NCBI GenBank assembly: GCA_002269645.1
Contig: NIVC01000522.1
Coordinates: forward strand, 486,996-550,995
Source of the DNA: Macrostomum lignano
Taxonomy: Eukaryota
Direction: 5' to 3'
Length of the DNA stretch: 64,000 bases
Both the position numbers and the translations under genes were made by a program. This document shows positions 21,658 to 33,687 of the stretch, one piece after another (within the stretch, counting starts at the first letter, position 1; every line of letters begins with the position of its first letter). Below the pieces are notes generated by a model. The model was not told the origin of the DNA. It saw only the letters and a list, made by a program, of their open reading frames with translations, and ran no database searches.

Positions 21658-24254
21658 TAGCACACCCAATCTATTTTTATCTGTCGTGTCTGAAAGTCAG
21701 CTCTCCATTCCTTTGTCTGCATATCGCAAAAATTTATTACATTTAGTTGTTTACCCAGACCTGTTGAATCGGTTTATTGATAGCCCCATGTCTACTAGAC
21801 ATTTTTGGCAAGTGCATTGAGAAAAAACACCGAAAACAAAAAACATCAACAGAGCCCTCAATTAAGTGGCTAAATTTAGCAAAGTGAAGAGATGGCCACT
21901 GTGAGATGCTCACCTCACAAGCTTTAGCCCCGATCTAGCCCATCATTTATGCACAATGGAGGTCCCATGCAGCAGGCTTGACCCTAGTTCACCCCTCTAA
22001 CCTCATCTAGTGTGGATGTGTGGAGTTTTTAATAATAATAATTTTAAGTTCTTGACCCTATTATACTACTAACCACGACAGTGCAGTAGTAGTGCGAAGT
22101 TTTATCGTTTAAACAATTGCATAGATAATTCGACAACTTTACATTGGACTACCCGGAAGGTATTGACCATACACCATCAGGGACGAACAATATTATATTG
22201 TTAATATTGAATTACTGCAAAACTTAGCGACATCTATATGTACGTATCTTTTAGATCCATGCGATGAATCTTTGATCGAGCTGCCTGCAATGAAGTGACT
22301 CGAGTCCTGAGCCAATCGCTTTTGGATGACATTGTGATAAGGACGCACTTTTTCCCAAATTCTACGCTAGCACATGGGCTCTAAACTTGCTAAGCTACTA
22401 GCAACAGGCTATGGATATTTTTCTTCTCTTTATGCAATTTTCCTAGAATCCATACTAAGTATATGATTTTGCCATACTAGTAGTTATAATAACATAGGCG
22501 CGGCTTTTGGGTCATAAATCATCGCTTTTGAAGCTGGTCTGACAGCCACCTGCGCCTCAATCAGTGCTGAGGCTGGCGCCAGATGGTCTGAGAGGATGCG
22601 GGCGGTAGCTTTTTTCTCATCATTTTGACAGGCCATCAAGATTTATGAGGTCAGGGCCTATTGTTCGGGTTGACTCAAGCGTGTGACAGCTTTGATGGCT
22701 ATGCGTTTTACCCCTAAAAGTACGTTGGGATTAGCGATTAGCGATTTCTCTTCATTATCTTCACTTTCTACTTAATAAGATCTTTCTAATGTATAATTTT
22801 TCATTCATTCTTGTCATTCCTACGCGAAAGGTTATAAATCATTATGTAGCGATTTTGAGTGATTTATGACCGCACCTGTGGTATTTTTATGGCCCCGGGG
22901 GAACTGATAGGATCTCTTGGTCACGTGAGTTTGGGTGGCAACAAGCTTAGCCATCCAGAAAATACGACGTGCGTTATAACAAATCGGCTCAGCCAATCAG
23001 AATCGAGGTGTTTCCATTATAACGGTCCAGTTGGCGGCTATTTAAACCGGCGTTTTTGGCCCGCTCGGACCTCAACGGGCTGGAACTCGGCTCCACCTCC
23101 TAGGACTTTGGCCTAACGGAGCCCGACCGTCGTCTCTTGATCCCCGGATCGCGACTCCCCCCCCATCACCATCAGGGACGAATCCCCCGGTCATCAGCAG
23201 CGAACGTCAAAGTTAAGAGCATCACCCGCTAGCTATCTGCGAAGATTGTGGCATCAGCATCATCCCGGGCCTACAGCTGCGAAGCACTAAGCCGATTCGG
23301 TCACTGCGGATTTCCTGGTCTCCGGCTGTTGAGTTTCTGATTGGTTGGGTGAGAGGCTACCTAGACTTGCTTGATTGGGTGATCCCCTATCTGTCCCCTA
23401 TTTCAGTAGCTGGATTAGGCGCACAATTTTGCTCATTTTATTCAACAGTGCTGTTATCGAGGCAGAAATCACTTAATAGTAATATTAGTAGTCTGAAACT
23501 CCAATTCAATCTGAGGTGTGAAGTGAATCAGTGAGAAGGTTAAATCTGACAGTTATTTTTATCGGTTTTATTTCTTTGTTCGCCGATGGCTCAGATGAGT
23601 AGCTAAGCTAGTAGGCGCCGGTCGCAGAGGACCAATGGCAAGGCAGTTCTCAGTCGATCAATCTATCAAATCAGTTAGCGAAGCTGCCAGGAGTGCAGAA
23701 TCGGCACCAGAGATGTACTCTGTGCACTCTAGGTTCGCCAAGCGGCTCGGGTAATGAATAATGCGGTCTCCGAAGTTCGAGTTAGTCTATCATCAGCGCT
23801 AGGAGAGGCTGGTTGGCGCGTTGAAGGCCAAAAGTACATATCTTCGTATTTAGCAATGTAATAGTACATGTAGCTACCCCATAGTCTCGCCACTGCAGGA
23901 ATCCCCTGCACAAGTCCCCTCTGTACCTGCATGGCCAATGCGATCTAGTCCCAGCAGTGTCCCTTATCATCGGCTATGACTTCGAGATTGACAGCAAAAA
24001 GACACTAGTTGGCAGGTAAGTGCAAAGCCCCTTCTAGTCGGAAGCCCGATTTCGAGAGTCCCGGTTTGGTGAGCCAGGGCGCACGGGCTGGTGGCAGCGA
24101 GTTGGTTAATCTGCGGATTAGCTAATCTCTACCTTTAAAATTCTCCCTGCTTGTCTCTCGCTGTCCCTCTCTTAGCTATATGACCTAGACTGCTCGCCAC
24201 ACGATCAAGCTACCATGGGGCTGACCATCTGACAGGAGTGGGGGGCCAGGACTC

Positions 24255-24565
24255 TAATTGATTTATTTCTGAGACCTGAGGCCCGAAGGCTTCCCCACAA
24301 GGGGCCGGAAGGTCGAAACCCATCAATTAATCGAATTGCATTTAACATCTCCGGTCCAATCTCTCTAACAGCTCAGTAGTGTCCTCGACAATGACGAAGT
24401 AGCGAATCTTTGCAAACAATCAACGCAGGTGACTCTGACGGGGAGCCCGCTCTCTGCATCGGCTGCATTACCGTCTTCTAGCTGATCATTGTGCTTTTCT
24501 TTCTCAATGGCCCATCTTTTTGTGAACAGGTGAGTTTTGCTGGCCTTTTTAAACTGACTCAAACT
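24255..24565 (-). mobile_element. 5'-truncated LINE 3' fragment (L2/CR1-like)
   Basis: LSQFKKASKTHLF resembles the C-terminal FKxxLKTHLF of CR1/L2-group ORF2. It is followed by a hairpin-rich 3' region and AATAAA. Confidence 0.55.
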
Positions 24566-24683
24566 AAACAAACAAACTACCTAACAGAAACAGAAAACCA
24601 TACCCCAACAGAAACAGAAAAACTACCTAAAAAACAAACAAACTAACAAACAAACAAACAAACAAACAAACAAACAAACAAAC

Positions 24684-24768
<85 letters not shown>

Positions 24769-24769
24769 G

Positions 24770-24840
<71 letters not shown>

Positions 24841-24874
24841 GACTTATAACTAACTAACTAACTAACTAACTAAA

Positions 24875-24925
<51 letters not shown>

Positions 24926-24945
24926 TTAACTAACTAACCAACTGC
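24560..24945. repeat. Compound microsatellite (AAAC)n then (AACT)n
   Basis: Directly visible. Confidence 0.97.
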
Positions 24946-26074
24946 ATAGCGTGCAGCAAATCCAGTTCTGCATTGAGCTACTAGCTAGTGCAGAGCTAAA
25001 TTGGCATCTCTAAATTATGGCGAATGCTGTTGCTGAAGGGAAAGAGCTAGGCTGTTGAGGGTGAGTAATTTATAATTTGTGGTAAAGCTAAATAAAATAT
25101 AAAATAGCGGTATAAGTATACGAATTACTGATGAGAAATTTCGAACTTCTTTCTGCAAAGAAGACCCCGCGAATTAGGCTGAGAAGAAAGCGGGGATATA
25201 CATGTACATTGTACATGTACGGGTATAAAGCAAAAAGACAGCTGCTATACTAAAAGAACAGCTTTCGCATCGCTCAAAACTATGGCTGTATATAACTGGT
25301 GAAGAAAAGTGAGAAAATCCCTAGTGTATTTTTCATGCAAAATCAGTTTCGATTTTTTCTAATAAACAGAGGGTTTCCCGCTCTTGATCTCTAGTAATTT
25401 TATGGAATTACTCATTACTTCTTCCAGAAATAGGCCTAAGAGCATCATTCAGTAGTGAGTATAAGTAGTGAAATCTTGAATTTAATAAAAAATACTGTTT
25501 AATGTAATTTAAATTGTATTTTTACGAAAATTAAATAGGCTGATAAAAATATAAAAATAGGCAAAAAGACCTTTTCTAAGTTTTTAGGTCTAAAACTTTT
25601 GATTAATGAGCTAGAAACGGACTATGTGTTCAAATTTTTAAGTACTTCGTTTTACCTCCTTTCATTAACAAAAATTGAATTCTAAATAATTTTGGTCGGT
25701 TGGAAGTTTCTTTTTTAACGTAGTCAAGTCAAGCAAGCGTGGTGTTCATGTAAATTAAAAGTGAAATTTTCTGTGCTTTAGCTCAAACTTACAAGACACC
25801 GTATCGGTTCGTTCCTTTTCTTTGATCGGTGTTTTAGTAAACAAATTTTTAGCAATTCGAAGGCCTGTCTTTCAATCGTGTCATTGAAACAGCGATTAGA
25901 AGTGAAGTCTGATCTGAAGTGTGAAAATAATTTTATTTACTTTGTCTTTATACTGTTAGGTGACACGGTGTTTGCCGTGACCACAGTTTGACTGAGTTAA
26001 TTTTTTGTTGGGATTTTTATATTTAGAATTGGAATCTTTATATCAGTCAGTCGTCAGACGGCCTGATTTGAAGA

Positions 26075-29000
26075 ATGTCAGACATGAATGGATTCGAGGG
26101 TGATGTTGAGGATGGAAAGCCTGTTGTTGAGCTATTTATCAAGGTAAGCCTACAATTTTGAAGCCAACTGCAAAAATTCCTATATTTCTTTTCATCTATA
26201 TTTATTGACATTATCAAGACATGAGATGAGATAGGCTAGGCCTATAATTTAAAAAGGCAGTGCTTATCCCCACGGTACCGTAGGAATAATTTCTGTCTTA
26301 TTCCAACGGTACCGTGGGGATAATTTTCAGCTTATCCGCACGGCACATTGACGAGATAGCTGCCCCATCTACATATGCCGTGGGAATAATTTTCTGCTTA
26401 TCCGCACGGGTGAATTGTTGAAGCAATGCAATAATCTATACAAACAAATTGAGAATTTACATGTCTAGTAAGAAGTCTACAGAAGCAGAGGCAATGGACT
26501 TTTCGGGGATGTCGGGATTAGACTAGTTGCTAAAAGTTCTTACATTGTAAACAATGACTAGAGCAATTCATCTTAAATCATACGTCATAAATACAAAAAA
26601 GTGTTTTTTGCGTAAAAAGGCCATTAAATCTTTACTTCTATCAAAATAATAGCCAAGCAAAGTTATGTTGTTATATTGCACTCAAACCGTAAGTACTAAA
26701 CTAAATTATGAACCCACGGCATATGTAGAAGATGGGCAGCTATCTCGTCAGTGTGCCATGCGGATAAGCAGTAAATTATCCCCACGGTACCGTTGGAATA
26801 AGACAGAAATTATTCCTACGGTACCGTGGGGATAAGCACTGCCATTTAAAAAATATACTTTTTTGTCTATATTTTTCTCTACATGTCTATATTTTTATTT
26901 TTTATTTGGTTTGAAATAAACAATTATATTAGAATTTTAGCCTTTTATTTTTATGTCTAAGATTATGACTTTTCAATTCATTTTAATTCACAAAAAATGT
27001 TTGTTGGTAAGTATAGATTGACATGATTAGTTAGGCCTTTGACTTTTCAATTAATAACTGTTTTTCTATTACTGCTTCTTATTTATTTTTAAAAATAAAA
27101 ATTGATTATAATAAATAAACTTAAATTTTTAGACTATAGGTATATATCTATCTAGCAAAACATCTCAGTTCTAGTCCTAGATATAAAATTTAATTAAGCT
27201 ATAAATGCAAAGGCTATCATAAAAAAAGTGTTACTTTTCATTATATCTTTTGTTCTAATCCATAGTCAAGATCATGGCATGCCTATGCCATAACAAATCC
27301 TATAAAAAATTGATTGCCTTATGCATTAAAATAAATCTTATCAAAAAAATTGCTAATGCAATATGCCAAAACTAGGCCTATTCCTAAAAAAAAGTTCACT
27401 TGCATTATACCATATATTGCAACTTTTTGAAAAATGCAAAAATCAATTATTTTCTATTTGAAAAACATCAATAAAGCTTGTATTTGAATTTGTTTCATAG
27501 AAAATGCAATATTAATTCTGTTAATTAAAAAAGCTATTAATACACTAGCAAAAAAGTGCTAAAAAATAATATGCTAATTTTGTCTTAGAAAGATATTGTC
27601 TAGTTGGAAGTCTGTTTTGCACTAAATTATGCCATTTTTGTCTTATGTTATACTGTGCTAAATTTTTCTTTGCCTATTGTTGGACTAGAATGGATCAGCA
27701 CAGCGCATATCCAACCTCTTTTTGCACTAGAATTTTCTATGAAAAAGGCCACCTTCCTGACTATGGGTTCTAATAATCCAAATAACCTCATTTTACACAA
27801 ATTAAAAGTGGAAATTCTCTTTATATTAACTTTAAACTCTAAAATTAGACTATGGAAACAAAAGTTATAAATGCAAATATAGTAAGAACTTAACCTAACT
27901 TGCCCAATACCTATCCAACCTATCAGAACCAGATGGGTGCTATAGCCACCAGCCAAGATAAGTTGCAAAATCAAAAATACAAAAAATGTAAAATCGGTAG
28001 AAGAAAGAAAACAGAAAAGAGGGAAAAGAGGAAGAAGGAAAAAGGGAAAGAGAAAGAGAAAAAAAGGCAAGAAAAGCCATATACAAAGTGGAAATTAAGT
28101 CAAAATCAAGAGGAACTTTGCAATTAGGAGAAACTAAGTCGCAAATCTAAACAAAACTAAGTTGGACTGGATGGGTGAAATTTTTAGGTTGGGCATGCAT
28201 GAGCTCAACCATAGACTTATAGTAAGTCAACAAGCTAGCAAAAAGTAGCAAAAGTACATTTGATTAAATGCATTCAGACTTCTTTGTTAGGCTACTTTGA
28301 CAAAGAGACATCTATAGAAAAAGTTAAAAAAAACATATAAACTTTTAAGGCAATAGAATATTTGCCACCACTGTGCTTTAGCTTCATTGATTTTTGCTCC
28401 TTCTTTTTGTAATGCCAAAAATCATAGATGTGCATTCAAATATTGCCCAAGCAAGTGAGATTTTCACCCTTTGGAGGATAAAACACACTGTAATCAAAAT
28501 TCATATGCAACTTTCATTGGCTCATTGGTCTAGAGCAATCTTTACCACAGTCATTCTATATATTTACTGCAGCCAGTTACCCATTTGTCAGCTTTTACTT
28601 CAATTTTTTGCTTGCTTGTTAATTAACTTACTACAGGGACTACTCAAACACCGGGACGGGAAACTAAATTTTTTTACGAGGCTGGCTGGCAATTATTTGC
28701 ATTAGAGAGATGCTGTGTTACTTTGTTGTCTATGGTTATTTTCTACTGCTGATAAAAGACCAGCCTTGTAAAAAATTCCTAGTTTCCTGTCCCGGTGTTT
28801 GAGTAGTCCCTGACTTACTATAAGTATATGGTTGAATTCTTGTTATATTTGAGTTTTTAACTTTTGTTTCCATTGTCTGATTTTAAAGATATTAAATTTA
28901 GTATGAAAAAAAGAGTTGGTACTATTTGTCCAAAATGATGTTATTTAGATCATCAGAGCAAGAGTAACATTGCTCTGAGTAACAATGTTACTAAGTAACA

Positions 29001-31267
29001 TTACTTAGTTAGTATATTTTAGACTTTTGATAGTTTGAATGATTTTTTAGAACCATCATTAGGTTAACTGCAATTTCTTCAATAAAAGCTTTAACTTTGC
29101 TATCTGAATATTTTTAATAGGATACATGACTTTTTGGCAAAGTCATAGTCAGGTAAAAGGCATAAATGCCAGAAACTTCTTGGGTGCATTCAAGAAGTTT
29201 AGTATACACGTTGCCATTGGTATACAAAAAGTGATTTTGGGCTTTTGGTATACACATTTAATGTGTATGGCATATTTTGGTATATTCAATACCTATAAAG
29301 AAGTCTGTTAGTTTTGCAAAAAAACTATTCTAGATTGAGCAAAGCTAGAATATTAAGTGCAAGCAGCGTGAGCTAAAGGACAATAAAGTGACATTAGAAA
29401 TAGAACTTTAGCAAAAAAAGTATATACTCGTATTGATACTTTGTGTGCATATATAACATATGAATGCACATTGTGCAGGCACTTTATTATTTTTGCATAG
29501 ATATGCAAGCAATTCTAAAGAGCACCAAATACTGTCTGTAGTAGAAAATACTAATTTGCTCCAATATGAATGTGTATTAACTTAACCTACACTAGGATAA
29601 TTACCTGTCTTTACCTCTACCATAGGCTTCCCATATCTGCAAGGAGGACAAAGGCCCTTGCCCAATCAGCCAGCAATGGTTCATGGTGTTCTACATCTTA
29701 GCCGAGAAGAAATACCTCAATCTGTTTGTCACCACTGTGAACCCGGACATGCCGCCTGAGGCCTATCAAGCTCTGGAGGTTGGCCGTCACCTCCCTGTTG
29801 CCCGGGTGATCAAAGGCGCCGACCCGCGCGGCAGCGACCTGTCCAACACCGTCTTCGACACCAACGACGAAATCGAGCAGCTCATGGACATCTGGAAATG
29901 TCCCTGTCTGGCTCTGCCCAAAGAATCAGCCGACGAAGGCGAAGCGGAGAAAGCTTTCTATGATCTGTACAAGAATCTCAACCTGATGCTCAAGACTGAG
30001 AACTCGACTCCGCTGTTGCACGTGTTGCGTAGAATTGACTCGTTCCTGGGCTCCCGCGGCTGCCGCTTCCTGCTGTCTGATGAGCTCACCTATGCTGACT
30101 GCCAGCTCATGCCTAAACTGCATCACGTCAAGATGGCTGGCAAGGTAACTTTGGTCTCTAACGACTCTGAATATTCCCAATTTGCTGGACTTCAAGTCAC
30201 TGTAAGGCAACAATGAACTCTACCCGAAGTGCTCTGTGAATCGCCTATAAACACCCATGAATATGCCTAAATGCACACTAAATATCGGCAATAAACACCT
30301 TTAATAATCGCCTAATCGGCAATAAACACCCTTACGTATAGGCACTATACTCACTTAAGTAACAATGATAAACACCCTTAGGTATGAACAATAAACAGTC
30401 TTAAGTATCGGCGATAAAAATCCTTAGGTATGGGCAATAGACAATAAACACCCTTAGGTATGGGCAATAAACTCTCTTGAGTATCGGCAATAAACACCCT
30501 CAAGTATCGCTAATAAACACCCCAGGTATTGCCAATAAACACCCTCAGGTATCGCCAATAAACACCCTCAGGTATCGCTAATAAACACCCTCAGGTATCG
30601 CCAATAAACCCTCAGATATCGCCAATAAACACCCTCAAGTATCGCCAATAAACACTCTCAAGTATTGCCAATAAACACCCTCAGGTATCGCCAATAAACA
30701 CCCTCAGGTATCGCTAATAAACACCCTCAGGTATCGCCAATAAACCCTCAGGTATCGCCAATAAACACCCTCAGGTATCGCCAATAAACCCTCAGATATC
30801 GCCAATAAACACCCTCAAGTATCGCCAATAAACACTCTCAAGTATTGCCAATAAACACCCTCAGGTATCGCCAATAAACACTCTCAAGTATCGCCAATAA
30901 GCACCCTTAAGTATAGCCAATAAACACCCCGAGTATCGCCAATAAACACCCGCAAGACACATTGTTAATAAACACATTGAAAAGTCATCAATAAACACCC
31001 CGATTTCCCCGGCAGTTCTATCGCGACTTTGACGTGCCGGCGGACCTGAACAACCTGCAGGCCTATTACTCGGCCATGTACGACTGCGAGGCCTTCCGCT
31101 GCAGCTGCCCAGCTGACAGGGACCTCTACCAGCTCTACCACGATAAGCTGCCCAAGAATTTGGTGGCGCAAAGGCCTCAGCCGAGCCTCATGGACGACTC
31201 TAGGGTGCTGCTGGGCGAGAGCGGCAGCGGCGGCATCGGCTCGGCTGGCAACGGAGCTGGGCATTGA
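26075..31267 (+). CDS. CLIC: Chloride intracellular channel protein (invertebrate CLIC/EXC-4 type); exons 26075-26143, 29626-30144, 31016-31267
   Basis: Spliced: MSDMNGF...PVVELFIK|ASHICKEDKGPCPISQQWFMVFYIL...VTTVNPDMPP...RFLLSDELTYADCQLMPKLHHVKMAGK|FYRDFDVPADL..L..Y..AMYDCEAFRCSCPAD. All introns are phase 0 GT-AG. Confidence 0.93.
26256..26843. mobile_element. MITE with about 130-bp TIRs and a 9-bp TSD (Mutator/MULE-like) in CLIC intron 1
   Basis: Ends GGCAGTGCTTATCCCCACGGTACCG... and ...CGGTACCGTGGGGATAAGCACTGCC. ATTTAAAAA flanks both sides (26247-26255, 26844-26852). Confidence 0.88.
28634..28812. mobile_element. 179-bp hAT-type MITE in CLIC intron 1
   Basis: TIRs CAGGGACTACTCAAACACCGGGAC / GTCCCGGTGTTTGAGTAGTCCCTG, with the 8-bp TSD ACTTACTA on both sides. 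Confidence 0.92.
30280..30960. repeat. 23-bp minisatellite (CCAATAAACACCCTCAGGTATCG) in CLIC intron 2
   Basis: Degenerate edges and a homogeneous core. There is a 180-bp higher-order duplication (line 30601 equals line 30781). Confidence 0.93.
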
Positions 31268-31764
31268 AATTTGACCAGCTAATTATAATATGCTAATTAG
31301 AAATGATGCTCTCTTCATCGAAATTTAACAACTCGGACTTGTAAAAGGAATGATTTTTCTATTTATACATCCCTATGTACAACTTTATTTTTATTGGTAT
31401 TTAGTGTAGTTAGATGTAAATTTAGTTCAACTACTAATAAATGTTTGTCATTGCGCTTCAATAATATATATCCGTAGTCTGTATGCAACGGCTTGCTATA
31501 TAGCGTATTGTATAATGTATAAAATATTGTTTCTATTTTTAGCTTGTTTCTTCATTTGCTCGAGTAGACTCACCTGTTTACTAGCTATTATAAACATTTT
31601 TTACCAGCAATGTTAACAAATGGCTCATTTTCCTGCGAGTACATTCGTTTTACTGTAGTTTCCTTGCAGTCCCGTTCATTACAGCTGAATTTTTTTGACC
31701 GATTTTTGATGCTTTCGTTTTTAGGCACAATTAGCATTGCAGGTAATGTCAAGTACTGGCTGCT

Positions 31765-32653
31765 GCCCTCCCAGATCCTCAGTTGCTGGGCCAACCGGCC
31801 TCCCAGATCCTCAGTTGCTGGGCCAGCCTCCCAGAGTGTCAGTTGCTAGGCCAGCCTCCCAGAGTGTCAGTTGCTGGGCCAGCCTCCCAGAGTGTCAGTT
31901 GCTGGGCCAGCCTCCCAGATGGCCAGCCTCCCAGATCCTCAGTTGCTGGGCTAGCCTCCCAGATCCTCAGTTGCTGGGCCAGCCTCCCAGATCCTCAGTT
32001 GCTGGGCCAGCCTCCCAGAGTGCCAGTTGCTGGGCCAGCCTCCCAGAGTGTCAGTTGCTGGGCCAGCCTCCCAGATCCTCAGTTGCTGGGCCAGCCTCCC
32101 AGAGTGTCAGTTGCTTGGCCAGCCTCCCAGAGTGTCAGTTGCTGGGCCGCCCAGATCCTCAGTTGCTGGGCCAGCCTCCCGGATCCTCAGTTTCTGGGCC
32201 AGCCTTCCAGATCCTCAGTTGCTGGGCCAGCCTTCCAGATCCTCAGTTGCTGGGCCAGCCTCCCAGATCCTCAGTTGCTGGGCCAGCCTCCCAGATCCTC
32301 AGTTGCTGGGCCAGCCTCCCAGATCCTCAGTTGCTGGGCCAGCCTCCCAGATCCTCAGTTGCTGGGCCAGCATCCCAGATCCTCAGTTGCTGGGCCAGCA
32401 TCCCAGATCCTCAGTTGCTGGGCCAGCATCCCAGATCCTCAGTTGCTGGGCCAGCCTCCCAGATCCTCAGTTGCTGGGCCAGCATCCCAGATCCTCAGTT
32501 GCTGGGCCAGCATCCCAGATCCTCAGTTGCTGGGCCAGCATCCCAGATCCTCAGTTGCTGGGCCAGCCTCCCAGATCCTCAGTTGCTGGGCCAGCATCCC
32601 AGATCCTCAGTTGCTGGGCCAGCATCCCAGATCCTCAGTTGCTGGGCCAGCCT
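31765..32653. repeat. 28-bp minisatellite (CCTCCCAGATCCTCAGTTGCTGGGCCAG)
   Basis: About 31 units. It gives spurious ORFs with a 28-aa period. Confidence 0.96.
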
Positions 32654-33687
32654 AGGTGTTGTCAGTCTGACCTGACTAACTTGCAGTTTTCCTGTTAATC
32701 AATAAAAATTTCTTCATAATTATTATTTGGTTTGGCATGCATGGGACACAAAAAGAAGCAGTTTTTTATCCAAAAGACTGGCATGTTAAAAATAATTATT
32801 TCTATTTTATTTTTATTACAAGTACATTTGCATACTTTCCCTGCAGCTGATTTTCCCGCCAAGTTTTTGCTGGTTGAAACGAAAAAAAAATTATTTATAA
32901 ATTTTTATTTGTATAATTTATTGTTTTTTCATGTCTTCTGAGTAGCTTTTTATATATATTTACATATCTGAGTGCGCAGTATCCAGGCCCAGGTTTAATT
33001 CCAACAATTATTGCATTCGCCTGTTCCTCTGCCCTTTGTCAACAACCAGCTTATTTACATGATTACTAAATCTGTCTGACTCATTCCTTTCCTACTAAAC
33101 TAGTTAAAACACTAGTTAAAATTAATTAATTACGACTGTTTCGCATCAGCGTTCTGTTTTCGATTGCTCATTTGCGGTAATTTATTTTTTTAAAGAAACT
33201 AACAATTAAACAATTGCTTACGCAGAAGAACTTGAAGAAACTTTTTTTTTCTGCTGCTCGTGTCTTGCCGGCCGAGTTGTTTGCAACTGTGTTGGTCTTT
33301 GTTGTCATTTTTTTCACTATGTTAATGCCCCAATGCTTCAGGTATTACGAGGTAGTCCTTGTGAAATAGCGCGGCGCTCTGATGTGCCAGCGGCCCAGGC
33401 TCGATTCCAAGTGCAGTCGCATTAAATTGGGGCTGAATTGGAATCTCGGCTTGGCTCTGCTCGTGCAATTAACGCCCTTGAGGGCCAACCCCCAAGGCAC
33501 AGTGAAGCGTACATGCCTAACGATAAATAAAGTTAGGGCCGCTGTACACTCCTAGGGAAAGTACAGTCCCCTGCCTCTAATTAAAAATACTCTGCTGTCT
33601 TACATTCATGCTTTGCTTATCACCTGTCTACAATTAAATTCATTTTTTAACTACTGACGGCCGTCCAAAAAGGTACAGAGACTCGCT

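Noticed and set aside
24268-24352. Canonical hammerhead ribozyme
   Set aside because: It has CTGA and GAAAC but not CTGANGA, and stems I/III could not be built. It is kept only as a structured-RNA observation.
27604-29311. Several 60-140 aa ORFs in CLIC intron 1
   Set aside because: They are low-complexity AT-rich intronic sequence.
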